64,000 nt of DNA from an uncultured Verrucomicrobiae bacterium (GCA_963772365.1 CAVYXA010000003.1:1-64000); one strand, 5' to 3'. Shown: positions 40,318 to 52,330, numbered from the stretch's first letter. Numbers and translations are program-made. The notes: generated by a model not told the origin, from the letters alone.

Positions 40318-40959
40318 ATGGATTCCCAATCCCTGACTATTTTGGTGGGAGCATTCCAGCGTATCCTTGGCATCCTGATCGGCGGGATGTTGGTTTATTT
40401 CGGGTATCGCCTTTTTCTCAGTCTCCCCGGCAAGCGTGGACGCGAGGGCGGCAGCGGTGAGTTTTCCCTTGGCGGTGCAACGAAGGTGAAATTGAGCAAA
40501 GTGGGACCGGGTATATTCTTCGCGATTTTTGGCGCTGGACTGATTGCGTATTCGTTTGCCAGGCCGATGAAGGTAAATATTCCCGCATCCCAAACCCAGC
40601 CCAGCGCCACAAATGCTCCAAGCGCTCAAACTACTCCCGCTGCGGCCAATGGAGTGATCGCTACATCTGGATTTAGCTACGTAGGATTCGGTTCCGCTCC
40701 GGAAACGGACGAAGATCGTGTGCGGATGCGAACCGAAACTCAGGAAGACATCGTCGTCCTAAACCGAGCGCTGGATAGCGCAGATGCGTCCGAGCGGCCA
40801 AAGCTCGAGCGTGCGGTGGTGAAAGCGAAGATCGCGCTGATGGAACCGTTATGGGCCGATGATTGGGGCGAACTGAAGGATTTTCGCGATTGGCTCGCGA
40901 AAGGCGGCACCCCATCCGGTAGCACCAAGGCCGCTGTCGATTACTTTCAGCAGAAGTAG
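40318..40959 (+). CDS. Hypothetical 2-TM membrane protein
   Basis: GYRLF and GPGIFFAIFG hydrophobic segments. Confidence 0.7.
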   Translation: MDSQSLTILVGAFQRILGILIGGMLVYFGYRLFLSLPGKRGREGGSGEFSLGGATKVKLSKVGPGIFFAIFGAGLIAYSFARPMKVNIPASQTQPSATNAPSAQTTPAAANGVIATSGFSYVGFGSAPETDEDRVRMRTETQEDIVVLNRALDSADASERPKLERAVVKAKIALMEPLWADDWGELKDFRDWLAKGGTPSGSTKAAVDYFQQK

Positions 40960-40965
40960 GCTGCC

Positions 40966-42298
40966 GTGCAGAGAGTACTTCTCTATCGGTCTTGCAATCA
41001 CGGCGTGCACTGTCACCACTCTATTCGGGCAGAATCTTTCGCGGCTCTATCCAGAGAAAAAGTTGCAAGCCGATGCCGCCCGATGGACCGAACAAATCCG
41101 GGCCGAGTATCACGAAACCGTTCTGCCGCAGCTGACCGACGAGGAGCGCAGCGCGCTTAGCGGGGTAAAGATTGAGGTGCCGCTGGCTGGGCCTAACGGA
41201 GATCCGTTCTCCTTCTACATGGACAATAAAAACACGATTCACCTGCCTGCGCTTTCACTGCGCTTCTTTTCGGATCTGTGCGTGGCCAACGCTTGGCTCA
41301 ATGCTCATGGATACGACGGCACGACCGTCCGCGATTACGTCGGTCTGCTCTTTCGCGAAGCAACAGCTTCCCCCAGTGCTCCGCTTCCGTCGATTTTCCG
41401 CACTCTCGGTGTTCCGGATAATGCGCGGGAAGAACCAGCCGTGGCCAATCGAGCAGACAGGAATTTTGGAAACACGATTGTCTTTCTCCTGGCGCATGAG
41501 CTAGGGCATGCGCTGAAACAACATCGAACCGATTTGAGCGACCCCGTGGAAAAGCGGAAACAGGAAATCGAGGCGGACGCATTTGCAATCGAAATCATGC
41601 GGCGTATCGCGCAGGTGCCCACCGGTGTTGAGTTTTGGTTTGACATGGAGCACAGCGGACACGTTGCGCCGCGTAAATTTGCTACCGAAGCCCTATGGCA
41701 GAAATACCTTACTGGCTTGGATCACCCGGTCACTCCACATCGATTAGAAGCTCTCGCAGCGGGTATCGAAAAAGCTCCGGATTCATTCGCCCGCAATCAG
41801 ACAAATCAGGCGCTTTGGACGCAACGTTCGAAGATTTTGGCGCAATACTTTCGCATTAGCGCGCCGCAGTGGACAACCAATCCGGTGGCACACCGGGCTG
41901 AGTATGAACGGGTGGACGGCTTGCACAAAACAGATCTGAATCCGCGCAAAGCGGTCTTTACGATCCCGGGTAGTGAGCACGAACCTGATTTTAATGGCTT
42001 GTTCGCGGTCCGCAGAACGGCCGCCGACGGCAGCCAGGACAAAGTAGACCTTCTATTAATGCGTACGGGCGATGAAGTGATGGGGGGTTATTCGAACGGC
42101 AAAAGCGATGGCTTCATCGAAGGCAAAGTTGTTGGTGGGGTGATGCATTTCACCTGGCGCGAGGGAAACACGAACGGTAACGGCGTCGCGCAAGTGCAAG
42201 GCGATTCATTTAGCGGCACCTGGGGAATAGGCGAGTCGGACCAGGGTGGAGGCAAACTTAGCGGGATTCGGCAAAAGCCAAACAAGTCTGGACGATGA
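40966..42298 (+). CDS. Secreted HExxH metallopeptidase-like protein (probable 5' frameshift near 40980)
   Basis: LAHELGH and EIEADAFA; a signal peptide can be reconstructed from GTG 40966. Confidence 0.7.
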
Positions 42299-42360
42299 AC
42301 CGTTTCTAGACGGACACGCCTCGAACAAGCAATCCTCATTGTTTTCGGTTAATTAAGGGC

Positions 42361-43198
42361 ATGATCGTGCTCGAAGTCTTGCAAGCGACAACGGCATATT
42401 TCAAGAAACGGAACATCGACAGCCCGCGTCTGAACGCGGAGCACCTGCTGGCGTATGTGTTAGGGCGAAAACGGATCGAGCTTTATCTGGAGTTCGAACG
42501 AGATCTGACAGAAACGGAACTCGCGCCTTTGCGCGAAATGGTGCGACGCCGGGGCGAAGGCGAGCCGCTTCAGCATTTACTGGGGACTGTGGAATTTTGC
42601 GGGCTGGAATTCATTTGCGATAAACGCGCACTAGTTCCACGACCGGAGACGGAGGAATTGGTCGAGATGGTTCACTCGAAAATCGAAAATCCGAAACCGA
42701 AAATTGTCGATGTTGGGACCGGTTCCGGCGTGATTGCGCTCAGTTTGGCGAAGAAATTTCCCGAGGCGCAGATTTTCGCGGTCGATGTTTCAGAAGAAGC
42801 CCTTTCCTTGGCCAAGGAAAATGCCGCGAAACTGGGCTTGCTCGAGAGAGTCCGGTTCGAGAAAAGTGATCTTTTTCAAAGTTTGAATGAAAGATTTGAT
42901 GTGATCGTAGCGAATCTTCCTTACGTTGCCATGGAAGATCGACAATCGCTTTCCCGGGAAGTCCTGCACGATCCCGAGATAGCACTGTTTTCCGGTGGCA
43001 AGGCTGAGGAATTGATCCGGAGACTTATCGCGCGAGGCGCCCACGCACCTCCAATCAGGCGGTTTGCTTGCGCTTGAGATTGGGATTGGGCAGACCGAGG
43101 GGCTCAAGGAGTTTCTTGCTCAAAAAAATTGGCGCGACATTGAGGCGAAAACCGATTATTCAAGTGTAACGCGTTATTTGTTTGCCAGGTATGGATAA
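42361..43198 (+). CDS. prmC: Release factor glutamine methyltransferase (frameshift near 43035)
   Basis: LVPRPETE, DVGTGSG and NLPY; C-terminus GGLLALEIG...FARYG lies in another frame. Confidence 0.92.
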
Positions 43199-44485
43199 GC
43201 TTCGAATTCACGGGGGACGTGCGCTTTGCGGATCGATCAAGATCAGCGGCTCGAAGAATTCTGCCCTGCCGATCCTGGCCGCGACGCTGCTCACGCGCGA
43301 GCCGTGCATTATTCGACGCGTGCCGGACCTAAGCGACACGAACTACATGCTCCAAATCCTGACATACCTGGGCGCACAAGTGGAACGGGCCAGCGGGACC
43401 GTGAACGTCACCGCAGAAAATGTGAAATCGGTCGCGCCATACGATGTCGTGCGCAAAATGCGGGCATCGGTTTGTGTGATCGGACCGCTTTTGGGTCGAT
43501 GCAAAGAAGCCACCGTGTCGATGCCGGGCGGCTGCGTGATCGGCGATCGCCCGATTGATTTGCACCTGAAAGGCTTTGAAGCGCTTGGCGCGGCCGTTCG
43601 GGTGGAAGGTGGCAACGTGAAAGTGTTCGCGCCGAAGTTGAGCGGAGCGATTATCAATCTGCGAGGAAAATTCGGTCCAACCGTTCTCGGAACCGACAAC
43701 GTGATGATGGCAGCAGTTTTGGCCGAGGGAACGACCTTGATCGAAGACGCGGCCTGCGAACCGGAGGTTGTCGATCTTGCCAATTTCTTGAACAAAATGG
43801 GCGCGAAGATCGAAGGCGCCGGCACTTCTCGAATGATCATTGAAGGCGTGTCCGAGCTCCATGGCGCTGAGCATGAAATCATTCCCGATCGGATCGAGGC
43901 AGGAACATTTCTCGTGGCTGGCGCGGTGTGCGGGAAAGGCGATCACGCTCAACCGGGTCGAGCCTGCCCATTTGACCGCTGTCAGACCGCGTTGAGACGC
44001 TGCTGGTTATACCAATAACACCGGGCGATCAGACAATTTCGATATCGCCAAATGGAGCGGCCAAGTCCTTGCAGCTCGTTACAGAGCCGTATCCCGGTTT
44101 TCCGACCGATATGCAGGCCCAAATGTGCGCGCTCCTTTCCACCACGAATGGCGTTAGCTCGATCACCGAGAATATTTTTCCGCAGCGCTACATGCATGTG
44201 GCGGAGTTGAAACGAATGGGCGCGCGGGTCGAATTGGAAGGACCGACCGCGGCGATCAATGGGGTCGAGCAACTTTACGGCGCGCCGGTCATGGCGAGCG
44301 ATCTTCGTGCCTCGGCTGCATTGGTGCTTGCCGGATTAAAAGCGGATGGAATCACTGAAGTGGGCCGGGTTTATCATATCGATCGCGGCTACGAACATCT
44401 CGATGATAAATTGAGCGAGCTCGGCGCTCACATCGAACGCGTGAAGGCGCGACGAATTTCGCAATTAGACAATCTGCTTCAATGA
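43191..44485 (+). CDS. murA: UDP-N-acetylglucosamine 1-carboxyvinyltransferase (frameshifts at about 43940-44070)
   Basis: [36 protein letters not shown] and IDRGYE motifs. Confidence 0.95.
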
Positions 44486-44499
44486 TTGAAAATTGATCC

Positions 44500-44883
44500 A
44501 TGGACGAGAACGCGACTCCGCCGCCTGTGCCTGTAACACGACATCCTCCGACGCTCGCACCTGGTGTGTGCTTTGTCATGCTGCCGCATTGCTCGGATTG
44601 TTTTTCCATTTCCTCGGGCCATCTTCTCGGCCCGCTGGTGGTCTGGCTGGCGAAGCGGGCGGATTCGCCGGAAATCGACGCCCACGGAAAGGAATCGCTC
44701 AATTTTCAACTATCGATGCTGATTTACGATGCGATCGCGGTGATTCTGTGCTTCGTCTTCGTCGGCATTCCGATTTTGGTCGTGCTCTGGATCATGAACA
44801 CGGTTCTTGTGATCGTCGCTTCGATTCAGGCCAGCGAAGGGAAACTTTATCGTTATCCGTTCGCCATTCGGCTGATCAACTGA
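44500..44883 (+). CDS. DUF4870 membrane protein
   Basis: HGKESLNFQLS and YRYPFAIRLI motifs. Confidence 0.85.
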   Translation: MDENATPPPVPVTRHPPTLAPGVCFVMLPHCSDCFSISSGHLLGPLVVWLAKRADSPEIDAHGKESLNFQLSMLIYDAIAVILCFVFVGIPILVVLWIMNTVLVIVASIQASEGKLYRYPFAIRLIN

Positions 44884-44889
44884 TCCGGT

Positions 44890-44970
44890 TGTCATCCTGA
44901 GCGAAGCGAAAGATCTCGAACTATTGGCCTTTGCGGAAGAAATATCAAGATCTCGTTTCGCTCAGGATGA
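44890..44970. repeat. REP-like inverted pair overlapping the nfo stop
   Basis: TGTCATCCTGAGCGAAGCGAAAGATCTC...AGATCTCGTTTCGCTCAGGATGA. Confidence 0.8.
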
Positions 44971-45835
44971 TAGGGCCGGCGTTTCACCCAGAGCGCGCAA
45001 CGTTTTAAGGTTCATCACATCCTCCCGCAACTCCTTGCCTTTCGGCGTTTCCAGAACCTTGGGGATTTTGCGGAAACGAGGGTTGCGCATGATGAACCGA
45101 AAGCCGTCGAGCCCAATTTTGCCTTTGCCAATGTGCTCATGTCGATCGACCCGCGAGCCACGGGGCGTTTTGTGAATCGTTGATGTGAATGGCGACGAGG
45201 CGATCGAGCCCAATAATCCGATCGAACTCGCGAAATATTTTGTGCATCGCCGATTCGCTGGAGATATCGTAACCGGCGGCAAAAACATGAGCGGTATCAG
45301 GCAAACACAAAGCCGCTCCGGCTCGCGAACATTGCTCGATGATGAAGCCGAGATGCTCGAATTTCTCGCCCAGACATGATCCTTGTCCCGCAGTGGTTTC
45401 CAGCGCGATCTTTGTTTTACTTTAGGAGGCGGCAAACACCCGGTCAATTGAATCGACAATTTTTTCCAGACCCGCTTCTTCTCCGGCGCCAAGATGTGCG
45501 CCCGGATGAAGGACAAGAAACGGAAGCTCCAGTTGATCGGCTCGGATGAGTTCTTCGCCTCACCGCCCGCAACGAATTCGCATGAAACTGCGGATTAATC
45601 GCGGCGAGATTGATGAGATAATTCGCATGGGCAAACATCGACAGAAGCTCGCCGCGCTGGACGTGATTCAGAAAGCCCCGAATTTTTTCGCGAGCCAGCG
45701 GATGGGCAAACCATTGCATGTTGTTCTTCACGAACATCTGGATCGCCGTGCATTTGATCGAGCAGCCGCGCTCGATGGCCGTATGAACCCCGCCACCAAT
45801 CGACATGTGAGCGCCGAGGAGAATTGGTTCGCCAT
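44962..45835 (-). CDS. nfo: Endonuclease IV (multiple frameshifts)
   Basis: LLGAHMSIGGG, HANYLINL, DRHEHIG and VLETPK motifs. Confidence 0.9.
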
Positions 45836-45919
45836 AGGTGATTTGTAGATTCGGATGGAGAGTGTGATATCGCTGCGCCTGTTCCGCTTCTGATCGGTAG
45901 CAATTCGCAATTTGAAAAT

Positions 45920-48352
45920 CTAAAATCTTTTGGGGTGCCAATCCGGCTTCTTCAAGCTGCCTTCGCCTACGTATTCGAAAAGCTTATATACTGGCTTGAG
46001 CAAAATCCCGGCGGCGCCGTGCATATCGAGGCGCACCTCGAAATCTAGTTTATCATCGAAAAAGTGAATGTCGCCTTGTCCCAGCATCCCGAAGAGTTTG
46101 CCGGCTACCTCGAAATCGTCGGTGTGGATCGTTCCATCTTTGATGGCAAACGTGGCCGTCGCCTTGTGGGCAATGCTGTAACCTGCGCCGGGCAGAATGC
46201 TGTTCAAAATTCCCGAAAGCGGTCCAAAGACTGGAATGGCGAAGACATCGCCGTTAGTCACTTCAATTTTCCCATTTCCCTGCATTTTGCGCGGCTCGGC
46301 GCCCGGCCCGGTGAACTCGTAGGAGCCATGCAACTGCCCGTGGGCGGTTTTGTATTGGTAATAGAGATCGGTCAGCCGCGGAAAATCGATGTCGCTGACC
46401 ACGATATTCGCCTGGTAATGGGGATCGTTGTGGGCCAGCGAAATATCGGCATTGCCACGAACGGAGCCCGGCGAAAAGCCCCGCTTTAAGATCGACAATC
46501 TGCAAGCGATTGTTGGTGAAAAGCGAGGCGCGCGCCGACGCGGTCGAACGGCAAAGCTTTGCCTAGAAAAACGTAATCCATTCCCTGCGAAGCATCGACG
46601 TCGATATCGAGATGCGTCTTTTTGCCGCCAGCGAATTGATAGACGCCATTGACCGTAAGATTGGGCGCTTGATGGAATTTGTAAGGGACAATGGTTTTCC
46701 AAAGATCCGGATCGACCCAAAAAATCACCTCGGCGGGTCGTAGCGACGTTTTGATATTTGCGATCCGCACTTCGTGATTTTTGAAATCGTAAGTAAACGA
46801 GCCCGTGCCGACGCCTTCATCCCGAACAACGCGAATGTTCTCGTAAGCTCACTGCGCCGTCGCCAAACCGGATGTTGGCGCTTCCGCTGTTTGCCCAGGC
46901 TCCACGGAATCGCGTGTCCGTTCCAGCGCGACAGTTCCTTCGCCGTGCCAGTTGGCCGGTTGTCGATCTTCCCCGCGAATCGCGAGGTGGACGGCTGGCG
47001 AGCCGCTGCCATTCCCAATCGCCGAAGAAATTGAGTTCATCTCCCGCGAGACCAATCCCGAGATCATCGGTGAAACGCCCCGGGTTAATTGTGCTGTCGA
47101 TGTTCAATCGGAAATTGCCTGGCTCTTCGAAGCAGCTCGGCCGTGAGCAAGCCGGTTTGATGCCGGAGGCGAAGATCGCGCACGAAAGTCCGTTCCCCAT
47201 CCCAGGAGAAATTAGCGCTTAGATCCGAGAACGGAACCGACTTGTAAGCGAAACTACTGGCGGCGACCTGGCCAATCAATTTCAACTCCGGCCGCTCCTT
47301 TCCAAAATTTGCCGAGCCGGAAATTTCAATAAATGGCGGCGCGTTGAAATCGCTGCGTCGGCCAGCCAATCGCCCAAATCAAAAGCATGAAAAAGCGTTT
47401 TTAGATCCAGACTGCTGCGCAGTTGAAAATTGGCGGCACCAGTTTCCCGGCTCCAACCGGCGCGTGCGGCGAAGATTTCCCTGGCCGTCGATCCATTCGC
47501 AATGAGTAAGGCTTAAGATGTCTGCTCGGCCCATTCGGCGGCGAGCGGAGAAATTTTGGATCTTGTAATGCGCCGCGCTCAATGCTGTCGCCTCGTAGTG
47601 TGGCTTCCACTCTGGCATTCTCGAACTCGGCCAGATCGCCAGCTGAATTTTACCTGCAACACAGGCGGCCCTGCAGTGAATTTCCAATTTTCCCAACTCG
47701 GCCACGAGTACGTTGTAACATCGACATCCTGCTTTGCCACTCTTCTGCCGATGCGGCCGGTCGACGGCTGATAATTTTCCCGCTTGATCAACTGCCCAGT
47801 CGCCGAAATCCGCACTCCGCAAAAAATTCCCTCGGCCTGGCTCACGTAAATTTGCTCGGGTGGAAAATAGACGTGAGCCCGGAAATTCTTGAGCTGTGCC
47901 TCTGACTATCTTCCGTCCGGACCCTTTGAGAGGCAATTTGATCCGGGCGTTTCGCACATCCAGGGCGTTGAGAAACGGCTGACGATGAATGAAGGCGCAT
48001 AATTGATGTCGAGCGAAATTTCGCTCACTACGGCTAGGGGATTGCCGCGTCTTTTGTTCCGTGTAATCAAAAATGCGGACATCCCGGGCGATTAAACCGC
48101 GGAAAGGATCAAGCGTGAGCCGGCGAACTGGAGGCTTCGACCCCGCGCTGATGCAATTCCTCCGTCATGCGGGCGCGCCATTGCTCGACCGAAACCTTTC
48201 CGGGCCAGGTAATAACCGCCGCCGATCAGCGCCGCGAGCGCGACAGATCAGAAAAACACGAAAGATCGAAAATCGACAGGACGACGCGCGAAGGAGGATT
48301 GTCGATCCTGTGCGGTGCTCAACTTTTCCTCTGGTTCGAGGATGGCGGGCAT
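45920..48352 (-). CDS. AsmA-like protein (heavily frameshifted)
   Basis: Beta-rich fragments; C-terminus LFEYVGEGSLKKPDW; N-terminal TM. Confidence 0.65.
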
Positions 48353-48426
48353 GTGGAGGGTTAGATGGTTACAAGGTTAAAGCGTTGAAGGGCGAAAGCG
48401 TTAATGCGGCGAGCACTTTCATACCT

Positions 48427-48568
48427 TGTCATTCTGAGCCCTTCGGCTTCGCTCAGGACAGGCTCCGCGAAGAATCTCTGATCATTCTTCATGTTTTAAA
48501 CGAAAATAGCGGATGTTTCCAGCCTTCGCACAAAGCTTCGGCTTTCGTGCGTTCCGCTCAACATGACA
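48427..48568. repeat. Nested REP-like inverted pair
   Basis: TGTCATTCTGAGCCCTTCGGCTTCGCTCAGG...CGAAGAATCTC and ...CGCTCAACATGACA. Confidence 0.75.
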
Positions 48569-48614
48569 TAAGATAACGCTCCAACGGCTCACCCATCAAC
48601 GCTTCAACATTCAC

Positions 48615-49059
48615 GTGATTTCCATCTCCGACTTCCCGCGATTAACGCCATGTTCAATTCGATCAGCACCATCTTCATCTGCCTGGGCTGGTTCTGGATC
48701 AGGCGCAATATCTGGCAACGTCATGTCCCTGCATGATCGCAGCCATCATTTCATCCACCTGTTTTCTTGCCGGTTACATCGTCTATCATGCCCAGGTAGG
48801 CGAAAAATCATCCGGCTACAGCGGATGGATCGCAGCCATTTACTTCCCGATATTCGTTTCTCATGTTTTGCTCGCGTTTGTAACTCTGCCCCTTGTAATC
48901 GTGACGCTGATTCCGGTGTTCCAGCGCCGTTGGGACCGGCATCGCCGTCTCGGCCGGTGGACCATGCCCATCTGGCTCTATGTTTCCGTGACAGGCGTTC
49001 TTGTTTATCTCATTCTCTACAAATGGTTCCCACCTCCGAATGTTGCACTCGGTCATTAA
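48615..49059 (+). CDS. DUF420 membrane protein (frameshifted)
   Basis: FLAGYIVYH, SHVLLA and HRRLGRWTMPIWLYVSVTG motifs. Confidence 0.85.
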
Positions 49060-49102
49060 TTGATGTTTCATCAGAAGCCGCCCAGCAAAAGCCAAAAAGA
49101 TT

Positions 49103-49554
49103 ATGGTGACAATTGCGACCTTGAACGAGCCGGCCAAAGGCAAAGGAGCTGAAAGTCGCGATTTCAACAGGTCGGTGTCCGCGCCGATGTCCATAATGAG
49201 GCGCCTTTGCAAACTGTCGGTTTCATGTCGAAGCCGCAGGCTAACGTCAAGGTTCTCGTGGACGACAAGGATTTTGAACGTGCCCAGGGGCTGATGATCG
49301 AATGGGAGGCGAGCGATCCAGTCATCGCCGAGGCTCTCGTGCGTTGTCCCCAATGCGGGTCGTCGCGAATCGAGTATCCGCAGATGACCCGCAAATTTCT
49401 TACCCCGGCACTGGTGATCGTTCTCTGTGCAATCAAAATTATTCCGAAGGAATTTTATTGCCAGGATTGCCATTATACATGGAGCAACCAGGAAGAGCGC
49501 ACCATCGGCAAATTTTGGCACCGGTTTTTCCCTGGTGATTCGGAGGCGGGCTGA
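49103..49554 (+). CDS. Hypothetical protein with Zn-ribbon (frameshifted)
   Basis: MVTIATLN, CPQCGS and CQDCHYTW motifs. Confidence 0.65.
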
Positions 49555-49614
49555 GGCGCCGGAACGACCAATTGCTTGCTCCGATTCTCGCCGGGGCGCA
49601 CACTTCTCAGCAGC

Positions 49615-50462
49615 ATGATCAAATGGCTCTTTGTCGTCGCTTTGGCGGTGGCAATTTTTGGTGGCGCCTACTGGTTCAGCCGCGACATTTTATTCAAACA
49701 AGAACTCGAAGTTCGCAAAGAGCAGCGAGGCGAAATCACGCCAGTCCCGACACCCGATATCAGCCTGCCTGAATTTCAAGCGGCGGCGAAATTACGTCAG
49801 GACGGCAAGATGGCTGAGGCGCGCGATGCCCTCATGACGTTCATGCAAAAATATCCCACCAGGCCGCATGTCGAGTCCGCCAAGGAAATGTTGGGCGAGA
49901 TTAACATCGACATTCTTCTCTCCACTTATCCGTCCCCGGAAAAAGAGGAATACATCGTCAAGTCCGGCGACGTCCTGGCCAAAATCGCGCATAAAACAAA
50001 ATCAAGTCCAGAGCTGATCATGCGCATGAATAATCTCAGCAGCACCATGCTTCGCATCGGTCAGCGCCTGTTGATTTCGCATCCGAATTTTTCCATCGTT
50101 ATTCAGCCGAAATCCAATGCTCTCGTTTTGCTCAATAACGGCGCGTTTTTTAAACAGTATCCATTCGTGAAGAGAAATTACCCGACGAAAAAGCCAGCAA
50201 AAATCACGACGAAAGTCTCCGAAACAATGGCGTGGAGCGACGGGAAACGGGTTGGATTTGGCACAAAGCGAATACGCCAGCAGCACACGATGGATTCGAT
50301 TGGGCAATCCCACCTATACAATTTATTCCGTGCCCGATGCGACTCATCCGAACGTGGAAGAAGCGCCTGCCCAGGGCATCGGGTCTGGATGCCTCCGATG
50401 TCGAAGAATTGAGCGGGTTCGTCAATAATAAGACGCTGGTCACGATCATGGAGTCAGCGTAA
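49615..50462 (+). CDS. LysM domain protein (3' frameshifts)
   Basis: YIVKSGDVLAKIA...LRIGQRL; N-terminal TM. Confidence 0.8.
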
Positions 50463-50541
50463 GCAAAGGGTTACAAGAGCTACAATGATTTCAATCTGGA
50501 GCCGCTTTAACTCTTTTAAGATTTGTAACCTTGTAAGCTCG

Positions 50542-51528
50542 ATGGAAATCCAACCGCTCGATTTTGAGAAGCCGATTGGCGAATTGGAACGCCGCTTGCA
50601 AGATTTGAAAACGCATTCCAACACGCACGATGTCGATCTCGCATCGACCATCGAGGAAATCGAAACGAAGATTCGAGACATGCGCCGCCGGATTTACGGA
50701 AACCTGACTGCATGGCAGCGCGTGCAAATCTCCCGCCACGTCCAACGCCCCTTTGCCCTCGATTACATCGACCGCTGTTTTAACAACTGGATCGAGTTCC
50801 ATGGCGATCGGCATTTTGCTGATGATAAAGCCATGCCCGGCGGAGTGGCCATGCTCGGCACTGATCGCTGCGTCGTGATAGCCCATCAGAAAGGCCGCAA
50901 CACGAAGGAGAATGTGCTGCGCAACTTTGGTTGTGCGCATCCCGAAGGTTATCGCAAAGCCTTACGTCTGATGCGACTGGCGGAGAAATTCGGTATGGCG
51001 GTGATTTCGTTGATCGACACGCCCGGAGCATTTCCGGGAATCGGTTCCGAAGAACGTCACATCTCGGAGGCGATTGCGGTCAACCTTCGTGAGATGATGA
51101 ATCTGCGGGTCCCAATCATCGCGGCTGTCATCGGCGAAGGAGGATCGGGTGGCGCACTCGGCATCGGCGTGGCCGACCGGGTATTGATAATGGAAAATGC
51201 TTACTACTCGGTAATCAGCCCCGAGGCGTGCTCGGCCATTCTCTGGCGAGATCGACGTCATGCTGCGGAGGCTGCGGAAGCATTGAAACTGACTGCTCAG
51301 GATTTGTTAAGGCTCGACGTAGTGGACGAAATCGTATCGGAACCGGAGGGCGGTGCCCACCGCGATTATGATGCCGCGACGGCAAATCTCGGAGCAGCCC
51401 TGCGCCAAAACCTGGCCAGCCTCCGCGAGCTCTCGATCGATGATCTCTTGACAAAGCGCTATGAAAAATTTCGTCGGCTGGGCAGTTTCGCCGAAGCAAA
51501 AACCACAGCTTCAAAGAATCGCTCGTGA
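50542..51528 (+). CDS. accA: Acetyl-CoA carboxylase carboxyltransferase alpha
   Basis: PEGYRKALR, DTPGAFPG, GEGGSGGAL and YSVISPE motifs. Confidence 0.96.
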   Translation: MEIQPLDFEKPIGELERRLQDLKTHSNTHDVDLASTIEEIETKIRDMRRRIYGNLTAWQRVQISRHVQRPFALDYIDRCFNNWIEFHGDRHFADDKAMPGGVAMLGTDRCVVIAHQKGRNTKENVLRNFGCAHPEGYRKALRLMRLAEKFGMAVISLIDTPGAFPGIGSEERHISEAIAVNLREMMNLRVPIIAAVIGEGGSGGALGIGVADRVLIMENAYYSVISPEACSAILWRDRRHAAEAAEALKLTAQDLLRLDVVDEIVSEPEGGAHRDYDAATANLGAALRQNLASLRELSIDDLLTKRYEKFRRLGSFAEAKTTASKNRS

Positions 51529-51529
51529 G

Positions 51530-52330
51530 ATGATTTTGCGCAGCCGGCGAGTTTGGACGGGCTCGCTCCTTTTTTTGTTGTTGGTGGAGTTCGGGGCGGG
51601 CAAGACAGATGGCGCGCCGTTCAATTTTGATCACGATACATTCGCGTTTAAGAACGCAACGATTCTAAAATACAAACATGGCCATCCGATTCTGCGGCGG
51701 CAGTTAGCAGCCGATCCAACAAACAAGTACACCCGTCGTTGCTTTGTGATGAGCAGAGCGGCCATCCAGTTTCGAAAATTCGCCCGGTTCATTCCTGACC
51801 GTCCCCCTCTCGATGACAAAGAGTTGGCTGCCAGGATTCGGGCAGTAACTCGCCTCGCGCCTCGGAAACAAGCTTTGCCCGAAAATGAACGGATTGTTTT
51901 TCCGGGTTACCGAAACTTGCGCGACATCAGCAAGGCCCGAACAAAAGTGTTCGAGAAAAATCTCGGCAGCGGTTTTCTCACCTATTTCCGGCCAGCCAAT
52001 GCACGCATGGTTTTTTTGCAGAGCCGCGGCTATCAGGAAAAAACGCATGCGGCTCTGGATGCTACACTGGATCGGGGCGATCTATTCGTGGCTTACCTGA
52101 GCACGTTTCCCCAAATGAATATCAATCATGCGGTGTTGGTTTATGGGCGAAAGCCGGGTCGCGCGACAGATGGTCGTATTCATTATCTGGTTTACGATCC
52201 GAACCATCCCGATGGGCCACGAGAAATAACCTGGTCGCCGCGCGATCGCGCCTTTGCATTTCAGAAGGACGTCGACTTCGTGGGCGGGTTTGTGCGGATC
52301 TACCAATGCTACGGAAAACCGCTACAGTAA
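51530..52330 (+). CDS. Secreted hypothetical protein with papain-like C/H/D motifs
   Basis: RRCFVMS, NHAVLVY and VYDPN motifs. Confidence 0.65.
   Translation: MILRSRRVWTGSLLFLLLVEFGAGKTDGAPFNFDHDTFAFKNATILKYKHGHPILRRQLAADPTNKYTRRCFVMSRAAIQFRKFARFIPDRPPLDDKELAARIRAVTRLAPRKQALPENERIVFPGYRNLRDISKARTKVFEKNLGSGFLTYFRPANARMVFLQSRGYQEKTHAALDATLDRGDLFVAYLSTFPQMNINHAVLVYGRKPGRATDGRIHYLVYDPNHPDGPREITWSPRDRAFAFQKDVDFVGGFVRIYQCYGKPLQ

Noticed and set aside
43191..44485. Fosfomycin-resistant or pseudogenised murA
   Set aside because: The active-site Cys (PGGC) is retained, and the frameshifts lie in the error-dense block.
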